From assembly GCF_963921235.1 (NCBI RefSeq), contig NC_086108.1, positions 66,342,001 through 66,406,000 of the forward strand: DNA of 64,000 bases, given 5' to 3'. Position numbers and translations under genes: made by a program. Within the stretch, counting starts at the first letter, position 1; each line of letters opens with the position of its first letter. The DNA comes from Mobula hypostoma (taxonomy: Eukaryota). Shown here one piece after another: positions 24,681 to 38,171 of the stretch. The notes below the pieces were generated by a model. That model saw only the letters and a list, made by a program, of their open reading frames with translations, searched no databases and was not told the origin of the DNA.

Positions 24681-26300
24681 CTTTCAGATTTCCATCAACT
24701 TTTGTATACTGTATCTCTTAGTTCTCTCTCTCTTTCTCTCTCTAGATTCCCATCTATTAACAACAGGACAATGAAAGCAATAATTTCAGCTGGCAATCCT
24801 TAGTCTCCATCCGATCACAGGCATCCTTTTGTTCACTTCATTCTCCCATTCTCTCCAATGTAAAACACACTTATTTTCTCTCCAGTTATGATGAAGGAGA
24901 AAATCTGGTTCTCTCTCCCACAGGTTAATCTGATCTGCCATTTTTCTGGCATTTTCTGTTTTTTTCTGAAATTGATGTCTGCCAAAGCTCCCAGCTAGCT
25001 GCTCACTAAGGCTTGGGGAAGATTACCTATTCCCCTCACTCAAAGACAGAACAATTTATCTGAGTTTCTTTCATCCCACAGGAGCAGACAGAGTGGATGC
25101 ACTAACTTATTTCCATTGCAGTCTTCCCCAAAGGGAGAGATATTAGATATTCATAGACCCCCTGGCAGCCTTCTATTTCAAGTCCTTGGCCATAGACCTT
25201 GTCAATTCTCTTGCTGAAAGAACTGTCTACAGGCACAGTCACTGTTCTTCACCAGCTTATTCAGATAAGCTCCTGGGAGCATATTTCTATCTCCACTCCC
25301 TCCCATCGTTTCAGTATTTATTCATTCATTCAACAGCAGCACTTCCCTGAATATATGTAGTAGAGTGGTGTTTCCATTGTGGTGCTTCTCTTTAATGGCC
25401 GACTGTAAAGACTTGGAGATGCGAGAGACTGCACAAGATGTTGGAATGTGAAGCCACAGATAATCTGCTGGAGGAACCCTGCAGATTGAACAGCATTTGC
25501 GGCAGTGAGGGGGGAAACCAGGAGGAGAAGGAAATGCTGATGTTCCAGGTCAAAACCCTGCATCAGATTGTAGATTGTTTTTGTCTGTAAAGACTTCACC
25601 TACTTGGCTAAGTGCCAGCAGGGATGAGTTCGTCCCATAGATCAATAGAAAATGCAATGCCAAAACAGTGCAGCATTGCATAGAGAAATCTGATTAGAAA
25701 GCATAGAAAAACTACAGCACAGAAACAGGCCTTTTGGCCCTTCTTGGCTGTGCCGAACCATTTTCTGCCTAGTCCCACTGACCTGCACACGGACCATATC
25801 CCTCCATACACCTCCCATCCATGTATCTGTCCAATTTATTCTTAAATGTTAAAAAAGAAACTGCATTTACCACCTCGGCTGGCAGTTCATTCCATACTCC
25901 CACCACTCCCTGTGTGAAGAAGCCTCCCCTCATGTTCCCTTTAAACTTTCCCTCCGCTCACCCTTAACCCATGTCCTCTGGTTTTTTTCTCCCCTTGCCT
26001 CAGTGGAAAAAGCCTGCTTGCATTCACTCTATCTATACCCATCATAATTTTATATACCTTTATCAAATCTCCCTTCATTCTTCTACGCTCCAGGGATAAA
26101 GTCCTAACCTATTCAACCTTTCTCTGTAACTGAGTTTCTCAAGTCCTGGCAACATCCTTGTAAACCTTCTCTGCACTCTTCCAACCTTATTTATATCCTT
26201 CCTGTAATTTGGTGACCAAAACTGAACACAATACTCCAGATTCGGCCTCACCAATGCCTTATACAACCTCATCATAACATTCCAGCTCTTATACTCAATA

Positions 26301-26405
26301 AACAACATACATCAAAGTTGCTGGTGAACGCAGCAGGCCAAGCAGCATCTATAGGAAGAGGTGCAGTCGACGTTTCAGGCCGAGACCCTTCGTCAGGACT
26401 CAATA
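26301..26405 (-). mobile_element. Short Penelope pLTR fragment inserted in CR1
   Basis: Same sequence as the pLTRs at 61857 and 63274; flanked by the direct repeat CTTATACTCAATA (26288-26300 and 26406-26418). Confidence 0.85.
26365..26400 (-). ncRNA. Minimal type I hammerhead ribozyme (Penelope-associated)
   Basis: AGUC-CUGACGA-AGGGUCUCGGCCU-GAAA-CG-UC-GACU: stem I AGUC/GACU, intact core, palindromic ACGU stem III, GUC cleavage triplet. Confidence 0.8.
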
Positions 26406-28686
26406 CTTATACTCAATACTTTGATTAATAAAGGCCAACGTACCAAAAGCTCTCTTTACGACCCTATCCACCTGTGACGCCACTTTTAGGGAATTTCGTA
26501 TCTGTATTCCCAGATCCCTCTGTTCTACTGCACTCCTCAGTGCCTTACCATTAACCCTGTATGTTCCACCTTGGTTTGTCCTTCCAACGTGCAATACCTC
26601 ACACTTGTCTGTATTAAACTCCATCTGCCATTTTTCAGCCCATTTTTCCATCTGGTCCAAGTCCTTCTGCAGGCTCTGAAAACCTTCCTCACTGTCTACT
26701 ACACCTCCAATCTTTGTATCAACAGCAAATTTGCTGATCCAATTTACCACATTATCATCCAGATCATTGATATAGATGACAAATAACAATGGACCCAGCA
26801 CTGATCCCTGTGGCACACCACTAGTCACAGGCCTCCACTTGGAGAAGCAATTCTCTACTACCACTCTTTGGCTTCTTCCATCGAGCCAATGTCTGATCCA
26901 ATTTACCACCTCTCCATGTATGCCTAGCGACTGAATTTTCCTAACTAACCTCCCATGCGGGAGCTTGTCAAAGGCCTTACTGAAGTCCATGTAGACAATA
27001 TCCACTGCCTTCCCTTCATCCATTTTCCTGGTAACCTCCTCGTAAAACTCCAATAGATTGGTCAAACATGACCTACCACGCACAAAGCCATGTTGACTCT
27101 CCCTAATAAGTCCCTGTCTATCCAAATGCTTGTAGATTCTGTCTCTTAGTACTCCCTCCAATAACTTACCTACTACCGACATTAAACTTACCAGCCTATA
27201 ATTTCCCGGATTACTTTTCGATCCTTTTTTAAACAACGGAACAACATGAGCCACTCTCCAATCCTCCGGCACCTCACCTGTAGACAGCGACATTTTAAAT
27301 ATATCTGCCAGGGCCCCTGCAATTTCAACACTAGTCTCCTTCAAGGTCCAAGGGAACACCCTGTCAGGTCCCGCGGATTTATCCACTTTAATTTTCCTCA
27401 AGACAGCAAGCACCTCCTCCTTTTCAATCTCTACAGTTTCCACGATCTTACTACTTGTTTCCCTTAATTCCATAGACTTCATGCCAGTTTCCTTAGTAAA
27501 TACAGATGCAAAAAACCTGTTTAAGATCTCCCCTATTTCCTTTGGTTCTGCACTTAGCCGACCACTCTGATCTTCAAGAGGACCAATTTTATCCCTTACA
27601 ATCCTTTTGCTCTTAATATACCTGTAAAAGGTCTTTGGATTATCCTTCAATTTGACTGCCAAGGCAACCTCATGTCTTTTTTTATCCCTCCTGATTTCTT
27701 TCTTAAGTATTTTCTTGCACATCTTATACTCCTCAAGCACTTTATTTACTCCCTGTTTGCTATACATGTCATACAACTCCCTTTTCTTCTTTATCAGAGT
27801 TGCAATATCCCTTGAGGACCAAGGTTCCTTATTCCTATTCAATTTGCCTTTAATCCTGACAGGAACATACAAACTCTGCACTCTCAAAATTTCTCCTTTG
27901 AAGGCTTCCCACCTACCGATCACATCTTTGCCAGAGAACAACCTGTCCCAATCCACACTTTTTAGATCCTTTCTCAGTTCTTCAAATTTGGCCTTCTTCC
28001 AGTTCAGAACCTCAACCCTAGGACCAGATCTATCCTTGTCCATGATCAAGTCGAAACTAATGGTGTTATTCACTGGAACCAAAGTGCTCCCCTACACAGA
28101 CTTCCGTCACTTGTCCTAACTCGTTTCCTAACAGGAGATCCAATACTGTATCCCCTCTAGTTGGTCCCTCTATATATTGATTTAGAAAACTTTCCTGAAC
28201 ACATTTTACAAACTCTAAACTATCTAGACCCCTAACAGTATGGGAGTCCCAATCAATATATGGAAAATTAAAATCCCCTACCACCACAACTTTATGTTTC
28301 CTGCAGTTGCCTGCTATCTCTCTGCAGATTTGCTCTTCCAATTCTCATTGACTATTGGGTGGTCTGTAATACAATCCCACTAATGTGGCCATACCTTTCC
28401 TGTTTCTCAGCTCCACCCATAAGGACTCAGTAGACAAGCCCTCTATTCTGCATTGAAATATATACACCTCAGATTACACTGTTCCAGGAGTCCTGTAATT
28501 ATAGGTGGAAACATGGAAGCATGAAAAAGCATGGCACATGATTCTAAATTAAACTAAGACCATCTGCCTACATATGGTCCGTATCCCTCAGTTTGCTACC
28601 TATTTATGTCTAAATGCCTCTTAGAAGCAATTGAGATATCTGTTCCTACTGCCTTCCTGGGCAGTTCCAGGCATCAATACCCTGGG

Positions 28687-31600
28687 ATAGAACATAGAAT
28701 AGTACGACACAGTACAGGCCCGTCAGCCCACAATATTGTGCCGACCCTCAAACCCTGCTTCCCATATAACCCCCCACCTTAAATTCCTCCATATACCTGT
28801 CTAGTAGTCTCTTAAATTTCACTAGTGTATCTGCCTCCACCACTGACTCAGGCAGTGCATTCCACGCACCAACCACTCCCTGAGTAAAAAACCTTCCTCT
28901 AATATCCACCTTGAACTTCCCACCCCTTACCTTAAAGCCATGTCCTCTTGTATTGAGCAGTGGTGCCCTGGGGAAGAGGCACTGGCTATCCACTCTATCT
29001 ATTCCTCTTAATATATTGTACACCTCTATCATGTCTCCTCTCATCCTCCTTCTCTCCAAAGAATAAAGCCCTAGCTCCCTTAATCTCTGATCATAATTCA
29101 TACTCGCTAAACCAGGCAGCATCCTGCTAAATCCCCTCTGTACCCTTTCCAGTGCTTCCACATCCTTCTTATAGTGAGGCGACCAGAAATGGACACAGTG
29201 CTCCAAGTGTGGCCTAACCAGAGTTTTATAGAGCTGCATCATTACCTAGCGACTCTTAAACTCTATCCCTCGACTTATGAAAGCTAATACCCCATAAGCT
29301 TTCTTAACTACCCTATCTACCCATGAGGCAACTTTCAGGAATCTGTGGACATGTACCCCCAGATCCCTCTGCTCCTCCATATTTCCAAATATCCTGCCAT
29401 TTACTTTGTACTCTGCCTTGGAGTTTCTCCTTCCAAAGTGTACCATTTCATACTTCTCTGGGTTGAACTCCATCTGCCACTTCTCAGCCCACTTCTGCAT
29501 CCTATCAATGTCTCTCTGCAATCTTCGACAATCCTCTACACTATCCACAATACCACCAACCTTTGTGTTGTCTGCAAACTTGTCAGCCCACCCTTCTACC
29601 CCCACATCCAGGTCATTAATAAAAGTCACGCAAAGTGGAGGTCTCAGAAACGATCCTTGCGGGACACCACTAGTCACAATCCTCCAATCCGAATGCAAGC
29701 GAATTCTGAATCCACCTGGCCAAACTTCCCTGGATTGCATGCCTTCTGACTGTCTGAATAAGTCTACCGTGTGGAACCTTGTCAAATGCCTTACTAAAAT
29801 CCACGTAGATCACATCCACTACACTACCCTCATCTATATGCCTGGTCACCTCCTCAAAGAACTCTACCAGGCTTGTTAGAGATAATCTGCCCTTCACAAA
29901 GCCATGCTGACTGTCCCTGATCAGACAATGATTCTCTAAATGCCCATAGATCCTATCTCTAAGAATCTTTTCCAACAGCTTTCCCACCATAGTCATAAGG
30001 CTCACTGGTCTATAATTACCCAGACTATGCCTACTACCTTTTTTGAACAAGGGGACAACATTCGCCTCCCTCCAATCCTCCGGTACTATTCCTGTGGACA
30101 ATGAGGACATAAAGATTCTAGCCAGAGACTCAGCGATCTCTTCCCTCGCTTCTTGGAGCAGCCTGGGGAATATTCTGTCAGGCCCTGGGGATTTATTCGT
30201 CCTAATGTATTTTAACAACTCCAACACCTCCCCTCCCTTAATATCAACATGCTCCAGAATATCAACCTCACTCATATTGTTCTCATCGTCATCAAGTTCC
30301 CTCTCATTGGTGAATACCGAAGAGGAGTATTCATTGAGGACCTCGCTCACTTCCACAGCCTCCAGGCACATCTTCCCACCTTTATCTCTGATTGGTCCTA
30401 CTTTCACTCCTGTCATCCTTTTGTTCTTCACATAATTGAAGAATGCCTTGGGGTTTTCCTTTACCCTACTCTCCAGGGCCTTCTCATGCCCCCTACTTGC
30501 TCTCCTCAGATAATTCATTTAATTATTTATTAAATAATTCGCTTAATTATTTATGGTGCAACTGTAACGAAAACCAATTTCCCCCGGGATCAATAAAGTA
30601 TGACTATGATTATGACTAACCCCTTCTTCAGCTCCTTTCTTGCTTCCCTATATTCCTCCATAGACCCATCTGATCCTTGCTTCGTAAACCTCATGTATGC
30701 TGCCTTCTTCCACCTGACTAGATTTTCCACCTCACTTCATGGTTCCTTCACCCTACCATTCTTTATCTTCCTCACCGGGACAAATTTATCCCTAACAACC
30801 AACAAGAGATCCCTAAACATCGACCACATGTCTATAGTACATCTCCCTGCAAAAACATCCCAATTCACACCCGCAAGTTCTAGCCTTATAGCCTCATAAT
30901 TTGCTCTTCTCCAATTAAAAATTTTCCTGACCTCTCTGATTCTATCCTTTTCCATGATAATGCTAAAGGCCAGGGAGCGGTGGCCACTGTCCCACAGATG
31001 CTCACCCACTGAGAGACCTGTGACCTGACCTGGTTCGTTACCTAATACTAGATCTAGTATGGTATTCCCCTAGTCGCCTGTCTAAACCCTTGGAGCTAAT
31101 CAGGTGCCAATCAATATTAGGGAAGTTAAAGTCACCCATGATAACAAACCTGCTATTTTTGCACCTTTCCAAAATCTGCCTCCCAATCTGCTCCCCGGTA
31201 TCTCTGCTGCTACCAGGGGGCCTATAGAATACTCCCAATAGAGTAACTGCTCCCTTCCTGTTCCTAACTTCCACCCATACAGACTGAAAAGAGGATCCTG
31301 CTACATTACCCACCCTTTCTGTAGCTGTAATAGTATCCCTGACCAGAAATGTCACTCCTCCTCCCCTTCCCCCCTACCCCATCCCTTTTAAAGCACTGAA
31401 ATCCAGGAATATTGAGAATCCATTCCCGCCCTGATGCCAGCCAAGTCTCTGTAATGGCTGCTACATCATAATTACACTTGTGTATCCAAGCTCTCAGTTC
31501 ATCACCTTTGTTCCTGATGCTTCTTGCATTGAGGTACACACACTTTAGCCCTTCTACCTTACTACCTTTACACCCTTTATTTTGCTTCTCTTTCCTCAAA

Positions 31601-32060
31601 GCCACTTTATATGTTAGATCTGGCTTTACTCCATGCACTTCTTCCACTACTCTATTGCACTGGGTCCCATCCCCCTTGAAAATTAGTTTAAACCTTCCTG
31701 AACCATGCTAACAAACCTACCTGCAAGGTTATTTCTCCCCCTCGAGTTCAGTTGCAACCCATCCAATCTGTACAGGTCCCACCTTCCCCAAAAGAGATCC
31801 CAATGATCCAAAAATCTAAAACCCTGCCCCCTGCACCAACTCCTCAGCCACGCATTCAACTGCCATCTCCTCCAATTCTTACCATCACTATCACGTAGCA
31901 CTGGCAGCAATCCTGAGAATGCCACCCTTGAGGTCCTGTTCTTCAGCCTTCTGCCTAGTTCCCGAAACTCACACTTCAGGACCTCATCCCTCTTCCTGCC
32001 TATGTTGTTGGTGCCAACATGTATCACGACTTCTGGTTGCTTTCCTTCTCATACCAGGAT
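28687..32060 (-). mobile_element. CR1 LINE including ORF1 esterase (SGNH) part and ORF2 (APE plus RT)
   Basis: ORF1 part at 31683-32027 (IHVGTNNIGR...AFSGLLPV...LNAWL). ORF2: 31306-31647 (YLNARSIRNK...ITETWL), 31038-31355 (MGDFNFP), 29670-30518, 29246-29785 and 28748-29242. Confidence 0.93.
30510..30618 (+). mobile_element. Very short LINE 3' end (Rex1/Babar-like tail) inserted in CR1
   Basis: ...aatttcccccgggatcaataaagtatgactatgattatgact (poly-A signal plus a tandem tail) interrupts CR1 ORF2. Confidence 0.6.
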
Positions 32061-34416
32061 CTTGAGAAATAAAGTGTCAGTGCATCTTTCAGAGTGCAAA
32101 CCACCATTATGCTGTATCAACCCACTTTTTGGTTATTTATTTGCAGAGAAATACCACAATAGTTTGAATAATTCCATTTAAAACAGATTAATGTATGCAA
32201 TAGACATTCTGACATTCTTGGTCTTTGCAGACATCCAAGAAAACAGAAGAATGCCCCAAAGGATGAGTGACAGTCAAAATGTTAGAAACCCAGAGCCCCC
32301 CCCCTACTCTTCCCTCCCAGGCACAAGCAGCAGCTTCAACCTGTTCCCCCAACCCCCTACCTTCTATTGATTCCTTTCTGGGGAATTAAACCTCCATAGG
32401 ATCTAGTCTCTAAAGCGTATGCATATCTGACTGGCAGACTGAATTAAAATCAGACCTGGTGCATTAACCTAGTGAACCATACTGGAAGGTTGCAGAATTT
32501 GCTTTCAAGATAAATACATTTTTTATTTTTAAAATCCCTCTGTAATCTAATTTGGATGGGAGGTTATCTTTGGGGAAAAACACTCAAGGTTTTTCCTCTT
32601 GACCTGTGTAATGAACAAGTGAGCCTGTAAAATTTAGAATTAAAGGCAACATTTTTTGACCAACAGTTAATTAATAAAGCCATTTAACATAGTATACTTA
32701 AACCAAATCCTAAAAAAATGCTGTGAAAGATGTAAGTATAATATAGATGCTTAAGATCTGAAACCTCGAAGCAGCTGTCCAGCCTCAACAATTATTTCAG
32801 GACTTCTTTCAATACAAATATGAAGGTAAATTTACAACTAGAATCAGGACCAGATGTATATGATTCTAATAACTATTCTGCTGTAGTTCCAAATGAACAG
32901 GCTGTATTTTTCAAACAGATATATCATTAATAAGTCTAATCTGTGATCAAGTGATGTCCTCACATTTAGTCATCTATTTTCTCGTTTTCATTGGTAATGT
33001 AATTTTCAGTATTCCCACTGAAAGAGAAACATAAGATTCTTTTTTTCATTCCAGAAGGTGAGTTCCTATTCTCGTTTGCACTAGAATGATTTATGTAGAC
33101 TGGATTTTGAAGAGTATAGTGCTCTTTGGAACATTGCCCAAATGATTTCACTGTGCACTGTGTAAACACTTGAATCATTTTTAACACACAGGAGCCTCCA
33201 TTAATTCAGAGCCTCTGTGGAACATTGATTAAAATACATGCTGCTTTGCATGTTGAAAATAAATCTGGTGCATCACATAAGGATTAAGCATCCCTTGAAT
33301 TTAAGTGTGCTTGAGTATTACTGGAGCTGAAGCATACAGTACTTATTTATGTATTTCAAAGTCCATCTCGTTATAACATTTTGTTAAAAAGAAATCAGAA
33401 ATAATTTATTTTTAAGCATTTGCTTTCACAGGTTTAATGTAAATATTTCTTATAGCATTTTCATAAGTTATTACTTACAATGTTGTCTTTTTACCATAAA
33501 AATATAGTCCATAATTCCTGAAGTCGACAATACTGAAAGCCATGCTCCTATGCTGAAGTATTGGCAGCTTTTTGACTGCATAATCTTCACATTTGTGCTT
33601 GCTTCTGTCTTCACTCAATATTCATCAGTAAAGCATCACACGAATGTAATTTGGAGAAATAGCACTACTTAACCTTGTAGAGCTTATGCGCCAGTTTTAA
33701 AAAGACGAGCAGGCCTGTCAGTGTTCTTCTGTGGAGACAGTTGAAGGCAATTCCTTGTGGAGTTTACATGCCACTTTTAAAAAGTGACCGGGGCCTGTTA
33801 AGACTTGTCTATGGGGCAGGAGATTGCTTTGGTTATTAGTAACATAGCAAGGGCCAATAAAAAGAAGCAAGGTGTAAGCAGAGTGGTCATGCTTGGAGTG
33901 GGCTGGGGTTAGAGTGGGAGGCTTTGGCTTAACGGGATGGAACCAGGGTTAGTGGAATGTTCTTTATGTGAGCTTTGGGAACTCTGACAGACCTCCAGTC
34001 ACCTAGATAACTACAGTGGTATGAATGCATGAGCTGCAGTTCCTTAAAGACCATATTAAGGAACTGGAGCTGCAGCTTGATGACCTTTGCCTCATACAGG
34101 ACTATGGGGAGGTGAGGGATAAAAGCTACAGGGAGGTAGTCAATGCTAAGCTGCAGGAGGCAGGTAGCTTGGTGACTGTCAGGACAGGGAAAGGGAATAA
34201 GCAGCCAGTGAGAGTACGCCTGTGGCCAACTCCCTCAATATTAAGTATACTGATTTGGACACTGTTGGGGAGGGGAATGAACTACCAAGTAGAAGCCACA
34301 GCTCTCTGGTCTCTAGCACTGAGACTGGCTCTGTTACTCAGAAAGGAAGGCAGGAGACGAGGAGTGTAGTTGTGATAGGGGATTCCATAGTGAGAGGAGC
34401 AGACAGAAGATTCTGT

Positions 34417-34512
34417 GTCCTGACGAAGGGTCTCGGCCTGAAACGTCGACTGCACCTCTTCCTACAGATGCTGCTTGGCCTGCTGCGTTCACCAGCAACT
34501 TTGATGTGTGTT
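34417..34512 (+). mobile_element. Penelope pLTR fragment starting at the hammerhead motif
   Basis: GTCCTGACGAAGGGTCTCGGCCTGAAACGTCGAC (34417-34450) followed by pLTR sequence. Confidence 0.85.
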
Positions 34513-35705
34513 CCCAGATGATATGTTGCCTCCCAGATTCCAGAGTCAGGGGTGCCTTGGATTAAAACCACAGCACTCTAAAGGGGGAGGGTGAACCGCC
34601 AGAAGTCATGATACAAATTGGTACCAACAACATTGATAGGAAAAGGGAGGAGGCCCTGGAGAGAGAGTTTAGGGAATTAGGTAGAAAGCTGAAAAACAGA
34701 ATCTCAAGGGTAGTAATCTCTGGATTACAGTCTGTAACAAGGACCAGTGAGATTAAGAGTGGGATGATTTGGCAGACGAATGCATGGCTGAGAAAATGCT
34801 GTGGGGGCAGGGTTACAGGTTTCTGGGTCATTAGGATCTCTTCTGGGCAAGGTATGGCCATACAAAAAGTGCAGGTTATACCTGAACTCAAGGGACACCA
34901 AAGTCTTTGAGGGCAGATTTACTAGAACTGATGAGGAGGGTTTAAACTAATTTGGCAGGGAGCTGGGGATAGGGTTGACGATGAGGCAGTTGGTGTGGTG
35001 AGACTGTCAGGAAGGACAGGCAAATAATAGGGCAAATTACAGTCAGTGGGATGAGTTGAAGTGTAACATGGGGGAAAAATTGAAAATGTTGATGAAAACA
35101 GGACTGAAGGTGTTATATTTGAATGCATACAGTGTACAGCATAAGGTAGATGATCTTGTAATGCAGTTAGAGATTGGCAGGTATGACACTGTGGCATCAC
35201 TGAATCGTAACTGAAAGAAGATCATAATTGGGAACTCAACATCCAAGAATACACCTTGTACAGAAAGGACAGGCTGATAAGTTCGGGAGGAGTCTCTGTT
35301 GGTAGAAAACAAATTCAAATCCTTAGAAAGAGGTGGCACAGGATTGAAAAATGTAGAATCCCTGAGGGTGGAGTTAAGAAACTGCAAGTGTAAAAAAAAA
35401 CCTGATGAGAGTTATATATAGTACAGACCTCTGAACCACAGATATGGGATACAAATTACAACAGGAAATAGAAACATCATGTAAAAAGGGCAATGTTATG
35501 ATAGTCCTGGGGGATTTCAATATGCAGGTAAATTGTGAAGATCAAGCTGATGATGGAACTCAAGAGAAATAATTTGTGGAATGCCTCCGAGATGGCTTTT
35601 TGGAGCAGCTTGTGGTTGAACCTACTAAAGGATCAGCAATTCTCGATTGGGTGTTGTGTAATGAACCCAATATGACTAGGGTGCTTAAGGTAAAGGAACC
35701 TTAGG

Positions 35706-36814
35706 TGTCATGGTCCGGTCCGTGAAGTCCATATTCCGGTTCACAGTCCGGTCCATCGACCCTTGCTCCAGGTTTTCCTGTCTACTCTGTTTCTGTTCTT
35801 GTTAAGCTCTAATTGAGCCAGCTGATGCTCATTGGGGCTGGCTGCATAAATACCTTCAGAGACCAGGGCGTGGCTGCTGGATTGTTCTTGTCCTTACTGC
35901 TTGTATCCCTTCCTCTGCCTTCTGTTTCCTTGCCTGAAGCCCTGCCTTGTCTTGCCGGTAACTGTCGCCTCGTCTTGCCTGCAGTCTTGTCCTGGAGCCA
36001 CCCTGTACCTAGCTCCCTTCCTGTCCCTTGCCTCCGTCGGGTAAGCCAGGCCATCTTGCCGTTACCTGCGGCTGGTTCTGTCCCTTCCTGTCCCTTGCCT
36101 CCGTTGGGTAAGCCAGGCTGTCTTGCCCTTACCTGCAGTTGGTTCTGTCCCTTCCTGTCCCATGCCTCCGTCGGGTGGTGATCCGTGCCCTGCCCAGGTG
36201 AACCGCGTCCTGCCCAGGAGGAACTTGCCTAGCCTCAAGCCTGAAAACTCCAGCCTCCTGCCTAGCCTCAAGCCTGAAGACTCCATCCTCCTACCTAGCC
36301 TCAAACCTGAAGACTCCAGCCTCCTGCCTAGCCTCAAGCCTGAAGATTCCAGCCTCTAGTCTCCTGTCAAGCCTCGTCTCTAGCCTCTAGACTCAAGCCT
36401 CCTGCCTCCTGCCAAGCTTTGCCTCAAGTCTCTAGCCTCTAGCCTCTATCCTCCTGCCTCCTGCCAAGCCTCGCCTCTAGCCTCAAGCCTGAAGACACCA
36501 GCCTCCTGCCTCCTGCCAAGCCTCGCCTCTAGCCTCAAGCCTGAAGACTCCAGCCTCGTCCTGCCTGCCTGCCAAGCCTTGTCCTTGTCTAGTTCTGGGG
36601 TCCGAGCCAGAAGCAAGACCCAGGTACTGGGTCATTGTCCAGTCTCTGGCTCGGATTCCAAGCCCGGGCTCCTAGTTCTCTTGTTCTGTCCTGTTCCGGG
36701 TTCCCAGTTTTCGTGTCCATGTCCTTGCCCTCAGCCTGTATCCTAGTCCTGTCCCTAGTACTTCAGTGTCTGTGTCTTGCACTTGGGTCCATTCCCAGCC
36801 ACCTCCTCATGACA
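35706..36814 (+). mobile_element. Solo LTR with internal tandem repeats
   Basis: TGTCATGG...CATGACA termini; TSD TTAGG/TTAAG (1 mismatch); 33-bp repeats from about 36228. Confidence 0.8.
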
Positions 36815-36840
36815 TTAAGAGGCAGTGATTATAATATAAT

Positions 36841-37875
36841 TGTTATGATCCAGTCTGTGAAGTCTGCATTCTGGTTCACGGTCCAGTCCGTGGATTCCAT
36901 ATTCCGGCTATTCCTTTTTTCCCTTGTTCCATTGGGCACCTTAATCAAGGCACCTGTTTCTCATTTCGAGCTGGTAACATAAATAGCTCTGGGGTCCAGT
37001 GATTCCTTGCTGGACCATCCTCGGCAGTAACCTCGGCAGTAACATTGCCAGAATCCTCACCGGAACAGATCCATCAAGTTACCCTACTGGAGTGAGTCAA
37101 GAAACGCTGTCTGTAGTTCCGGGGCCTAGTCGAGAGCTCGCCGCTACTTGGAGCCACTTCATGACAAGATAAAAGAACTGTCTATCGTTGTGTAGTTTTG
37201 TCTCTTCGTGTCCTAGTCTCAGCTGGGTAGGTCCGGCCATTTGCCACTATCTTGAGTTGGGAACAATCACTTTGTGTCCTCGCCTCCTTTGGGTAGGTCC
37301 GGCTGTTTGCCGCTACCCTGAGGGGGGAATGGTCTCAGTATTTTGTGCCCTGTGTCCAAGGAGGAGCCCCGGCTCGGAGTTTCATGTCCTGTGTCTAAGA
37401 AGAGTTCCGGCTCTATGTCCTGTGTCCAAGGAGGAGCCCCCGGCTCAGTGTTCTGTGTCCTGTGTCTAAGTCAATTCTGAGCCTAGTCCAAGTCAAGAGT
37501 CAAGTTCCAAATCCAAGTTGACAGCCAAGTTCCAAATCCAAGTTGAGAGTCAAGTTCCAAATCCAAGTTGAGAGTCAAGTCCAAGCCAAGTCCGGGTCAA
37601 GTCAAAGCCAAGTCCAAGTCCGAGTCCAAGCCAAGAGCCAAGTCTAGACCCAGGTGCCGAGTCCTGGCCAAGACTCGAGCTTCAAGTCATGACCTGAGTT
37701 CCCTGTCAAGTTCAAGTCCAGGTTTTCCAGTTTGTCACTCTACATCTACCTTCGTGTTATCAATTTGTCCTCGCTCCTTGGCTTCCCTAGCATTCTTAAT
37801 AAACATATTCCAGTTTCTAGTACTTCAGTGTCTGTGTCTTGCATTTGGGTCTGCTTCCATCGCCTTCTTATGACA
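36841..37875 (+). mobile_element. Solo LTR, related family
   Basis: TGTTATGA...TATGACA termini; TSD ATAAT/ATGAT (1 mismatch); CAAGT-rich repeats at about 37485-37650. Confidence 0.8.
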
Positions 37876-38171
37876 ATGATGCAATTCACTCTTTAGTTTG
37901 AGAGGGAGACACTAACATCAGATGTATCAGTATTACAGAGGAGTTAAAGGAATTACAGAGGCATGAAAGAGGAGCTGGCCAAAGTTGATTGGAAGGGTAC
38001 TCTAGCAGGGATGACAGAAGAACAGTATTGGCTGAAAATTCTGGGAGCAATTCAAAAAGTACAGGATAGATACATCTCAAAGATGAAGAAGTATTCTAAA
38101 GGGAGGATGAGGCAACTGTAGCTGACAAGGAAAGTTAAAGACTGCATAAGAGCGAAATGGTAACATGTAAT

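Larger units (their letters stand above)
25697..28450 (-). mobile_element. CR1 LINE, young, with a long open ORF2 segment
   Basis: 560-aa ORF 26400-28082 plus 28066-28341 (VVGDFNFP) and 26075-26308. Very similar to 41580-43280. Confidence 0.95.

Noticed and set aside
18126..30533. Many plus-strand ORFs of 90-157 aa overlapping CR1 copies
   Set aside because: Antisense shadows of CR1 ORF2 with no recognisable domains.
32060..33690. Possible host exon in a unique AT-rich stretch (e.g. ORF 32966-33187)
   Set aside because: No recognisable protein similarity and no convincing splice-site pair. A small exon cannot be excluded without RNA-seq.
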